Below are positions 1 through 11,220 of a stretch of 64,000 bases of DNA, one piece after another. The notes below the pieces were generated by a model that saw only the letters and a program-made list of their open reading frames with translations, was not told the DNA's origin and made no database searches. This DNA comes from Trichosphaerium sp. ATCC 40318 (taxonomy: Eukaryota > Protista > Tubulinea). Each line of letters starts with the position of its first letter. The stretch's first letter is position 1. The stretch is from contig JALMLS010000590.1 of assembly GCA_038496445.1 (NCBI GenBank), forward strand, positions 144,068 to 208,067. Reading direction: 5' to 3'. Made by a program: the position numbers and the translations under genes.

Positions 1-1
1 G

Positions 2-673
2 TGTGTCACTGTACGAGGACGTATACCATCCGAGACTTTTGGATTAGAAGAAGTAGTGGCGCCAGGTGATCCAGCATACCCAATGACATGTTACGTCAAA
101 GGAGCAGGACGGCTATTCCCTAACTACGTAACTCCTCCACTACATCAAGATATCCCATGGAGACACGGAACACAATGCATCTCTTGTGATTCTGTGAATC
201 TTAACAAAAACACAACACGTGTACCTAAATGGCCAATGACGAACGACTGTAGAAACTGCGACTTGGAACCAAAGAATACAGCTCCGTACAATCCACCTAG
301 ACTTGTCTTGAGGAATGCTAAACGATACTGCGATGGACACGTCACCTATGCAAACCTTGGTGGAGGTAAAAGACATCATACTTGCCCTGGAACCACGTGG
401 AAACAGTGTAAGAAAGAAGTACTCATAAGAGGCCGTGCTACACCTTGGCACAACCGTCATTTCGGCAATGACTGTGCAGCAGCTGCTGCTAAAGATCCAG
501 CATGTTCTAATATTGTCTACACACAGGATATTCCTACTATTACATTCCAAGGTAATCCTGCTCGAAGATGTTTCTGTATGGCGAAGACTGCTTGTTGCAA
601 TGGATGTAGAGTAAGAGCACCTAACGGAAATACAAATATTTGGAATATTTGGACTCTCAATCGTGGTTCTTGA
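2..673 (+). CDS. Cys-rich, probably extracellular protein, 3' part (5' end outside window)
   Basis: Frame open from base 2 (CVTVRGRIPSETF...) to TGA at 671-673; many Cys; C-terminal CAAAAAKDPACSNIVY...RRCFC is loosely PAN/Apple-like; AT-rich 3' flank with AATAAA. Confidence 0.6.
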   Translation, partial: CVTVRGRIPSETFGLEEVVAPGDPAYPMTCYVKGAGRLFPNYVTPPLHQDIPWRHGTQCISCDSVNLNKNTTRVPKWPMTNDCRNCDLEPKNTAPYNPPRLVLRNAKRYCDGHVTYANLGGGKRHHTCPGTTWKQCKKEVLIRGRATPWHNRHFGNDCAAAAAKDPACSNIVYTQDIPTITFQGNPARRCFCMAKTACCNGCRVRAPNGNTNIWNIWTLNRGS

Positions 674-937
674 GAAGACTGACAAGACAGCATTTTAGAA
701 ACAACACTCTTTTTGTAACACCAAATAAACAATCAATCAAATACCTACTCATGCGTTTTATACCTTCCTTCAAGAGATACTGATACAACTTTTTGTGCCA
801 AAAAACAATGACTTAATGCTATTTACGATAAGTATTTTATGCTTTGATATTACAAGTTTATTTACAGTGCGCGAAAAAATGAGTATGTACAAGGGAGAGT
901 GATTTTTCTCTTTTTTTTTTTTTTTTGAGAAAGTTAT

Positions 938-2945
938 TCATACATCACGTTTTATTTTTGGTGAAGAAAGAATACTTCTTAATTTCTGTAGTTTAAAACT
1001 ACCAATATCATCGTCATGTTGTACAATAGGTATTTCTATTTGTGGTACTTCATTTTTGTATACAACCTTTGCACGTCCAAATCCGTTAAACTCAGAAGCA
1101 CAGCATCGAGTATCTGAAAGAAAAAAAAATAAGTTCAAAAAAGTTCATTCAAATTCCAAACAAAATATTGACGTACAAGCACCCATGTTTGGAAAACGTA
1201 ATTGATCACCTGGTTCCAATACTTGGAACGGTACATTTTCTAAAATCTTGTCTATCGAATCGCATGTAGGACCGTAAAAAGTGCTTTTGAATTGTTTGCT
1301 GTCTAAAGATTTTGGTAAGATTTTCTGGTTTAGATTTGAATTGTTACCTTTTGGTTTAACAACCAATTCAGGTTTTGGTGTCTTGCTATCAAATATGATA
1401 TTATTAAAGCAACCGTATAGACCTTCATTTAAGTAGTACATTACAGTATGTTCACCACTCTTATTGGTCTCCTACAGAAGGACTTTAGTATAAACAAAAA
1501 TACGAGTATTTCATGTACCTCTCTTTTTCCGATGACTGTGGCGATTACAGACGCACATGAACTGACCATGTAACGACCTGGTTCTGCGATAACACGCACT
1601 TTAGAGTACGCTTCTGGAAAGACCTCTGGGATAATTTTTTTCAAACCAGTAGCGATCTAACATCGAGATAAGTTTTCATTACTCAAAATCTGGTATTACC
1701 TCTGGTAGAGTTGTTGCTTCTCCTTCCCAGTTGCCTGGAAAGCCCCTCCAATGTCTAGTAGAGAAAATTCTTCGAACCCATATTCCTGAGAGAGGCGTAA
1801 GCAATAGATCTGTACAGAGGTGTGATAGACAACGTACCTCAGCCATGTCAAATACTTTTCTAACTTTATGAAGTGCCATTGTAAATGCTTTTGGGTCTGT
1901 TACTTTACTACCCACGTGAAAAGATACTCCGATAACGTTCAAGCCGAGAGAAGATGCATGTGATAGGAGATCAGGTACATCTAGTTGATAAAGAGTTAAC
2001 ATTATTTGAGGAACAAGCGCAAAGTGCGTACCTCTAAAACGAGCTCCGAATTTATTGGATAGAGGATGCAAAGAATAAGAGTTATCTACTGCAATTCTCA
2101 ATATCAATTTTGCTTCTGGGTGTATTGCTTTTATCTTCTCTAGCTCGTATTTTGAGTCAAACACAAGTAAGTCAACCCCACACTCTGTAAGAAATATGTA
2201 AGAAAAAAAATCATTCTTCCGAAAAATAAAAAAAAGCAGTTCAAGAACCGTTAGCATAAAAGGACTGATGAATTCCTGATTTTAAAAATTTCTATTGAAT
2301 GACTGATTTCTAATGTAAAAGTCCTTAAAAAGAACCTGTAGTGCTCTTTGCATTTCGGAAAGAGAAGAAGGAACCATTTTCCAAAAAAACAAGAAAACAA
2401 AAAGTTGTAAGTTTAAAATATTAAATACCTTGTGCTTTCTTTAAATGAGAGTAAGGTTTGCATGGGTGTGCGTATACTATTCTGCTTGGATCCACACCAA
2501 GTGACAAAATCTGATAAGAACAAAAATGTTAATCGATCGATCATAAAGCATTCAACAAGAATATAATCGTAACGTACGAGCTCTATTTCAGCTTGACTTG
2601 CGCAGTCAAATCCGCAATCAAGTTGTGCCAATTCTTGGCAAATACGTCGATCAGGATTACATTTTACGGCTATAAACAGTTAGAATACACTCTAGAGAGG
2701 TTATATAACAACATACCGTAATGCGCAGTGATGTTTGGAAGGTTTTCTAAAAAATACGTGTCAACGTTGATAAACTCAAGTAAAAACAGTTCTTTACGCT
2801 ATAACTAGGCGAAATAGCGTTGTTTTGTAAGTGTATGAAATTCCTGTCAATGTTTACCTTTCCACTGCTTTTGCTTCTTCCGTACGTCCTCCAAGTCAAC
2901 GACGTATAGAGGGTGGTCATCATTGTATGTTCGATTATTGATCAT
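938..2945 (-). CDS. ODC1: Ornithine decarboxylase (fold type III PLP enzyme), multi-exon
   Basis: Spliced motifs YVVDL, HYAVKCNPD (PLP lysine), GFDCASQAEI, KFGA, GVSFHVGS, IAEPGRY, GPTCDSID (catalytic Cys) and NMGAYT (rebuilt across a GTACGT..CAG intron). Confidence 0.95.
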
Positions 2946-4115
2946 TGTTGTTGTTAATGTTGTTTTGTGTGGATTTTTTTGATGTTTTTTTGGATGTTTA
3001 AAATCCTTGACTTTATGGAAATGTCGTATTTTTTTTACGGCTAAAACTACCGAGTTTACCTTCTTTTTATGTGGTATGTAATTGTAGAAGTATAAAACGG
3101 AGAATAAAAACTTTGGATTCCATACAATTTCTGATTCAAAAAATTTCTGGAATTCTAGTTCAATGACTGCTTCCTGACTTTTATTTCCTATTTTAGAAGG
3201 TGATTAAACAAGAACTAGCGTTAGAAAATACCATTGATCCGTTATGTACTTGTAAAGGAAAAAAAAAGCTTAAGCTTATGAAATTGATGAGATCCGAAAG
3301 TTTTTTTTTTTGTGCTTTTTTTTTTGTTTTGCTTTTTTTTTTTGTTGATTTTCTAAACGATACCTATTTAGGAGAAACTTGGGGTACTTTTCGAAAATGT
3401 AAGAAATAGATAATGGTACAACTAGCGTGTATGTTGAGAATAAATTTTATGCCTACCCAACGATGATAGATGTCAGTAAACTCAGAAACTCTGATAGTTG
3501 TTGTTGAATTCTTTTGACACTTATACATCATTTTATTATCTTTTAGATAATCAACACAGTATCAAAGGATAGTAGAGATACATGATGTATAATTTTACTA
3601 AAATCTGTGTTTGCTGCGCAGTGTTTTTTCGCATAAAAAAAAACGGTTATTTTTTTGGGTTTTTGAATTTTTTGAACGTCAAGTTTTTTGTGCTCCTGTG
3701 TTAGGAATTGCAGAGGTGCTTTTTAGGTTCTTTATTTCGCCTAAACAATGTAGATTGAACGGAATTGCAGTAGATGCTAGACTCAAAAAGTGGGAACGAG
3801 ATGGATATTTTCAAAAAAGTTGGTTGGTAAGGCCTTGCATTGTTTTCTTTCAAAGTGGACATATTCGATCGACCATTGTGGATACAACTTTGGACATTGC
3901 GACTATTTTATTGACACAAATTTTGACTGGTTTTTTTTTCCATCAAAGTTGTTCTTCTAACTGAGCTTCTGCTCGCTTTTATTGTATTTCACGTTTCACT
4001 AATATTACATAATAACATATACGAGATAATGGGCTATAGACAGGAACAAGAAGTGAAACACCTTAGCATCACTTGATGGTTGAACTACCTACAAAATATG
4101 CAGCTCTGCTTTATC

Positions 4116-4865
4116 TCAAATATCTAGAAGATATGTGGTTGAACATCCTTCAAAATCTACTGCACCATTACTTCTCCACATCTTCACAGACCCTTTTTCC
4201 CTGTCACCAACCGTTGTATACATCCTACTATCAGACTGTTGACCATTAGGATACCAAGCTCTAAATTCTCCAACTGGCCTATCTCCTTTATATACACAGT
4301 GATCGCATCTAGACCCATCCACGTACCAAGACTCAACAACACCTTCCCTTAAGCCATTGACATAAGTCCCTTGTTTTAACAGCTCTCCAGACGCATACCA
4401 ATGCTGGTATTTACCTTCTCTCAGCCCGTGGACACAGTTATAGTGCTCAGCAATCTGTCCATTCGGGTAATAGTGTGTAACTGGTCCGTGTTTCTTGTCA
4501 TCAACGTAATTACATTCAAGAGCGATTGTACCGTTCTTTTGCCATGTTTTACATATTCCATGTTTCTTACCATGTGCGTAAGTACACCATTGTACCCCAT
4601 TAGGCGTACGAAGCTTGTACAAGCCGTGTTTATCAAGGTTTGAGTCAAAACGAGACGTAACAGCTGCTTGGTAACATAACAGCGGCCAATGCCTGAAAGC
4701 GAGTCTATCCGCCGAATGGATCAAATATTGAACTTCCAGAGGCAAATCCAAGATATTAAAGCCACTAATAATAACAATCAACCTAAAATTTGCGTACAAT
4801 GCGGTTTTTCGGTCTTAGTACCTTTCCTCCTCGTTAGGTGCACTTGTTTTTAACTCCTCACTCAT
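4116..4865 (-). CDS. F-box-like module + MORN-variant repeat protein (family member 1)
   Basis: Exon 1 MSEELKTSAPNEEE, intron 4821-4765 (GTACT..TAG), then ILDLPLEVQYLI...WPLLCYQAAVTSRFDSNLDKHG and about six 24-aa G-x4-W-x2-NG-x7-Y-x2-G repeats. Confidence 0.85.
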
Positions 4866-5204
4866 TTTAAATTATAAGTAATCGAGTAAAGATCTCAGAA
4901 ACTAGTTGACTATTAAATCCCACTAAAGTTTACCTGATTGGCTCGTAGTATCCGAAACATGTAGATTTCGGCTATTTTTCGTGTTGTAAACCAAAGCAAG
5001 TTTTTATTGTAGCAGCGTTTAGTGCTAAACGGATCACTTAAATTATATCACGTGTTACTTTGACAATTGGCACCACGTTTTTTTTCCCAGTTTCAACAAA
5101 AATTGTATGGAAAGAGAAGAAAAAACCCAGAAAAGTAATTGAACGCTATTTAGCCTTATTAAACAAAACAAAACAAAGTACTTTTTATTTACAGGAACCC
5201 TTTC

Positions 5205-6924
5205 TCATGCAACATGTTCTCCAACCCATTCACCTTTAGAATAAATCCCACTTTCAAGTTTAACACCGTTACTATTCCACCTTTCAAAGATACCATCTTT
5301 CTTTCCATTCGAGTAATAACCACGCTCAGACATCTGCCTTGTGTCTTTATACCAACGTATTTTTATTGCACTCGTTTCTCCATTCACCTCTGTAATCACC
5401 TCACGTGATATAATCAAACCAGTCTTCTTACTAAAAACCTCTTGCAAACCCTCTAAGACACCGTGGTTGTACGTTTTCTTTGATAGCAGAAGCCTTGTTT
5501 TAGGGTCCCATGTTTCCCTTATCCCATGGCACACATCACCTTTGTACATTGCACTCAATGTCCTCAATCCAGTCTGTTCATCAAACAATTCTCGTAAACC
5601 ATCCAATTGTCCATGTTTGTAAGTTTCCCTTAATGTTTTTTGCTTAGTTCGTTCACTAAACTCCTCTCTTAGCCCATGATACATACCATCTTTGTACATT
5701 TCACTCAGTGTCTTAGCCCCTGTCTGTTCACTAAACACTTCTTTCAACCCAGTAAGCATTCCGTTACAATACTCTTCAGTAGATATTAAAGAAGCGCTGT
5801 CGTCAATGACCATATCTTTCGCTAAGTCTAGAGATAAACCAACCAACTTTCCACTTTCGTATTTAATACAATCACTTAGTTTCCATGATCCTGAATAGCC
5901 TAGTGTCTTACCATGACGTTCAAGATTACGACCAAGTGGAGACACAATACTTAAAGAAATGCTATGATTATTAAGCCGTTCATTATTGGCTATATCTATA
6001 ACCCTTAAATGGTTTCTACAATCAATGTATCTTGTTATATCATTATCTTTTAGATGCATTTTTCCTTTCCAAGATTTTGGAATTGTGCATGGTATTGTCG
6101 GTTCAGGGATATCATATTGGGAGAAAGCGCTAGCAGGAAATGGTGGTTCAAAGGCGATAAACTGTAGATTATCTAAAGAACGGATGAAGAGTACATGGCC
6201 ATCGTAATCATAAGCAATTTTTGAATGAGAATTTTTCCATGTTCCAACTTTTTTGTCCTTTTCGTAATACCCTGATAATACTACTGTATGGTATTCATCT
6301 TTTTCTTCGTATTTACCATGTAAAAGACCATCTTCATACTCTGAAAAAACTAAAGCTTCAAAGTCTATCAGAAAATGTTTGCCATGTTTTTTCCCATTTT
6401 TAAAACCATAAGTTTTAACTAACCCCGCTGTGTCATCATACTCCTCATACATTCCATCGGCCCTTACTCCTTCTTTATATTTGACACGTGTGCGTAATAC
6501 GTTTGTACGTAGGTATGTTGATGTGAATACTCCATGGCGTTTGCCATGAACAAATTCGCAAGTATCTAAGCAAGGCAGCTTGTTAAGAGATATCAGCTGC
6601 TCATAGTAACTCTTTTTTCTTTTGAAAAGTCCATGCTTTTGCAAACACGTGTCAAACCTTGAAGCAACGGCAAACTCATAATTCAGTAATGGGAACTTCT
6701 TTTCCAAGTCCGCATCTTCTCTGGCAATATCATAAATACATCGAAGTACTTCTGGAGGTAGATATTCGACTATGTTTCTATATTACGAGTTATTTTTAGC
6801 ATTTTGCGAAAAAAGCGAAGTAGTCGTACTCATCACTCGCTCTGTGAGCCTCTACTATTTCCCTATTGATCTTGGTATGCGCAAATCGCTTCAGAATATT
6901 AATCGCAGGTTCCTCAGATGACAT
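5205..6924 (-). CDS. F-box-like module + MORN-variant repeat protein (family member 2, long)
   Basis: Exon 1 MSSEEPAINIL...ASDE, intron 6829-6778, then YLPPEVLRCIY...FPLLNYEFAVASRFDTCLQKHG; two blocks of MORN-variant repeats, the C-terminal block with a 25-aa period. Confidence 0.85.
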
Positions 6925-7524
6925 GTTGTAAAGTTTCTTCGGCTTTTTACTTTTTTTTCGCTTTCGTTTTTTAGGAGGTTTAATGTGTCGCACTTGTTTG
7001 GCTGACGACGCAAAGTAATATGTGTACATACGGAATATGACCTCTGAAACATTGGTAAAGTATTGCCAAAGTAAGTTAAAAACTTGGAGTAACATTGCAG
7101 AGGTGTATCGATGAGTGAAAAAGTGTGGATACAAAAAGTCACGAAATCCACACGTTTAAACATATTCACTGAACAATGTAAAGTATAACGTCACCATGAC
7201 TTTGCAAATACTATTTAACGTTATTTAAGAGCTTCAAACTCTTGTCAAGTAATTTCATTGAAGAGTTGGTAATATTCGTCCTCCCAAAAGATCCCGGTGA
7301 AAACCCAAAAAAAAAACTCAATTTTTTATGCTTCAAAACTTGTCTAAAAATTCTATGTCGCCCTTTTTGTGATGTGTGAGTTCGCGAAACAAAAATACTG
7401 AACCCACGAAAGAGCTATTTATTTATCTTTTTTAGGATGTGTTAACAAACAATGTAGTGGTGAAATTAAATAAATTTATTGGATTTGTAAGCCACGTGTT
7501 TTCTTTTTTTTTACTGGTTTTAAT

Positions 7525-10500
7525 TTACTTTTTCTTTCTCATCGAGATTGATGTCTCGCCATCACAAAAGACAGTTACAGTAAACTTTGACTCATCACCA
7601 GGGTTGAAAGCACATGGAACAACAACAATATGATTTCTCTTGCTCGTATCAAGGCTCAAATGAGTGAAAGCTTTACAAACACAACTTAGTACAACAAAAA
7701 AATAGGGAAAAAAAGTTTTTGTAAACGTACTGTCACGAGAGCCAAGGAACGCTTCTGGTGCCGTTAATAATTTAGCTACTCCTCTATCGTATAAATAGAA
7801 TCCAATATTGATGGAGTATGGGACAATTTGGAAATCAGCTGTAGACATGACATCACCAGAAGTCTATTTTTAGAAGGCGTCAACAAAATGAATGAAGCGT
7901 AAAAATAAAAATAAAACTGACCTGCGACAACATGACGCAAAATTTGCACTGTGGATCCTTTGGTAGCGTCACCTCGAAATGAGGATTTGATGTCCATGTT
8001 TTATGGTTCTGACAACCACCAGCTGTGCCTCTACGCTTTGACCACTTGCTCTGAACAACGAGTAAACATTAAAAACATAAACCAAAGAATGGAATTAATA
8101 CCTCTGCATTTGTAACATATTTCCAAGGCACCAAAGGCTCGTATTCAGGTATAGGCTTTCCTTTTTCCGTATATATAATAATATTAAAGTCTCCTGAAAT
8201 ATCAGAAGATTTTGAGTATGGAATAATAGAGTAGACATCATCAGGATCAAGTTCTGTAACAAACAGTGAGCTTCATTTGAAATAATCAAATAAAAATCTA
8301 ACCTCCATCATAAGGTGTCTGAGAAGCTAATCCAGCTCCATTACGTTGGAATGTTGGTTCGTTATGTTCACCTTCCTCACTCTTTACTATGAAAATACCA
8401 CAACGACGTTGCCTGAAGAGCGTATAAGACGACATTATGAAAAGAAAACAAAGCGAGTAAAATACTACATTTGGAAAAAAAGTAAATAAATCAAGTACCA
8501 TTCAAGTTTGCGATCAGTCGTTGGGTAGTGTACAAACATAGAGCACTTTGTCTTCTTCTCAACCGTGACTGCATATTGAGGACATTCTCTCCAGTTTCTG
8601 ACAAAGTATAAATAAGAAATAGTTCCAGAGTGTTTTTGGAAACAACACAAAAACAAAAAACAAAGCTGCGTACTGTTTTAAGCCTTCTGCTTTGATAACA
8701 GTCTTGACTGGAAGTTTCTTGCGGATATTAAATTCTCTTTGATCATGGATATCCATAGCTTGCATAAACGCACGCCTACAAATTACAAGTAAGCATCTTA
8801 TATAAGCTCATACTTTTTTGTATAAATCTCACCTTGCTGGTCCTTCAACTTCATTGCCTTGAGATATTTCCCATACTGTTTTATCACTCTCATTCCTAAC
8901 ATAGATATCTGCACCAAGTTCAACGAAAACCTAACACCAGGTTAACATTACGTTGACTTGAGCTGTTTTGGGCTGTTGATGAAACAAAAACTGATGTAAA
9001 ATATTTTTACCTTAACAGCATCTTCGGCAGCTTCTTTCAACGCCCAAACAAGTGGTGTATTTCCATTAGCATCTTTAGCATTGATATCTGCTTTCTAAAT
9101 ACAAATGTCAACAGTCTACAATTAAAGAAAGAAGAATAAAACACGTGTCACGTACAGCTTTAACAAGAGCTTTTATGGCTTCGATGTTATCTCCTTTTGC
9201 AGCGTAATGTAGTGGTGTGAGTTCATCAGGTGTTTTATCAACAGCATCAACAGAAAATCCAGCTTTGACCATAGACGAAACAACCTTTCCACACTTCCAA
9301 GCAGCTATAGAATTAATAAGCGGGGGTTTTTTTATAACTTTGAAATTATGTACATACCAATGTGTAACGCAGTTACAGCTTTAGTCTTTGTTTCGTTCTT
9401 AACGTCCCAAACATCTGTAGCAAGAATAGCCTTTACATATTCAGGTTCATTCTTCAAGCATGCATATATTAATCCAGTGTTTCCTTTAAAAATATGTCAG
9501 TCAGGAGTACGTCAAATCAAAGAAAATTATCCAACAAAATAAGTTAAATTATTACAAAAAAAGAAGTCGAGCGTGGTACCTTCTTTATTCTTTATCTTCA
9601 TATCCAACATATCATCAGCGAGCTTACGCTATACATGTATAAGCCATATATACTATAAAAAATAGTAACACCTCTTTCTGCGTACCTTGAACAAGTCGAG
9701 ACGATTTTTGTTGATAAGTTCGTGCAAAGGATATTTAAAGTATTCTACAGGTCGCACTTCGCGACTTGAAGTAGTAGCTGCAGAAGGCAAGTACATAACA
9801 TGCAGACGGATCTCACCCTTTTCTTTCTTCTTTTTACCTTTGTACAGGGTGTGCCACGCATCGCTTGGGTACCCATCAAGCAACTAATATGACATATAAA
9901 TAAATACAAGCGCTATAAAGCAAGAAATAATAAAAATACTCTCAGATTGAATGAATTAAATGCGAAACGTACGCCTTCTATTTCTATTGAAGCTGCGCCA
10001 ATAGCTGGTGCTGTGATTAGTTTTTTCTCGTATAACTTGACAATAAGTTTCTCTGGCTTGCTATTCAGCTTGCTAAAGGGGTACGATAAGCAATCTGACA
10101 TATACTGTGTTTATACGGGGGTTTTTTTTTGTAGACTTCCAGAAAATACGTACAATAGCCTGCCTTGTTCCTTTGAGAAGTCTACACTCTTTTTGATAAC
10201 TTCACTGCTGTATACGCTTTTCTACAGAGTATTTAAATTTGGATTGCATTAAAAATAGCAAAAAAACCCTTGCGATTGGGCGTAGTTGCGTACTTTTGCA
10301 TCATCAAAAAAGCATTGGACGTAGTATGCACCAGGTTTTTTGGAAACGTTCTTAACCTCGAGAACTACGTTCATTAGTTCGTTTTATACGCGTTCATAGC
10401 ATAGGAATAGCGAATGAGCATTTTATACTAAAAATGTACCTGAAAAGTGTACACTGCCTTCAAACCAGTCCCCATCACTGCGAGGTGATAGAGTTTTAGC

Positions 10501-11001
10501 TTTCTCGATATCTACCTCGAGTTTATCTTCACTCTTTTTTTTAGCGCCTTTCTTTCTCGAAGCATCACTCTTTTTGCTCTTAGACGTCTTCTTTTTTGGT
10601 TCTTCGTCAACAGCTGACATTGACGGTTCAACTTCTTCAATTTCGTCGTCTTCGCCATCTTCGACATCTACCTCCTCTACTTCATCATCGTCAGTACTTT
10701 CGTCATCTTCGCTCTCTTTATCTTCAGAACTTTCGTCTTCCGATGCTTCTGGACTTTTTGACTCGTCCTCTGCATCTTCGCCACCGCTAGAGTCTTTCTG
10801 CTTGGTTTTGCCTGATTTTGCGCTTTCTTTGTTATCTTCTTCAGCGGTACTTTCATCGTCGCTTTCTTCTTCAGTACTCTCGTCGTTATCCACTACTTCT
10901 TCCTTAGCCTTTTTCTTTTTGGACACCTTTGTAACGATCTGTTGTTCTTCGCTTGTAGACTCGTCGTCGTCTTCTATTATTTCTTCCTTCTTCTTAGACA
11001 T
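7525..11001 (-). CDS. Acidic N-terminus + C2 domain + ankyrin repeats + two calpain domain-III-like modules
   Basis: E/D/K-rich first exon; C2-like KLIVKLYEK...IGAASI...WHTL...GEIRLHVMY; ankyrin motifs TPLHYAAK and GNTPLVWA; calpain-III motifs WRECPQY and VVPCAFNPGDESKFTVTV. Confidence 0.8.
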
Positions 11002-11220
11002 GATGTACTGTATGTGTTACTAATTAAAGTTGTAGTTTATTTTGCCCAAATTTATTCGTTCTTGAATAAGTCTTTAACACCATCTTGCGTCATGCGTTAC
11101 CTCATTCACAACGAAAGCGTCTGTAATATAGCTAGCTAGTAAATACGTAATTACTTCAATCTTGTTAAAACGTGCGAAAAAGTGTACAAAGTATTCTATA
11201 CGCTAAATAATATGTAACAA

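Noticed and set aside
140-685. 181-aa minus-strand ORF
   Set aside because: Antisense shadow of the Cys-rich plus-strand gene; no independent features.
2946-3130. Polyamine-responsive uORF in the ODC leader
   Set aside because: Only short ORFs, none with a PPW or PS-stop ending; transcription start unknown.
10574-11023. Ser-rich plus-strand ORF (likewise 16629-17021, 17570-17960, 54814-55017)
   Set aside because: Antisense readings of acidic or Pro-rich low-complexity exons.
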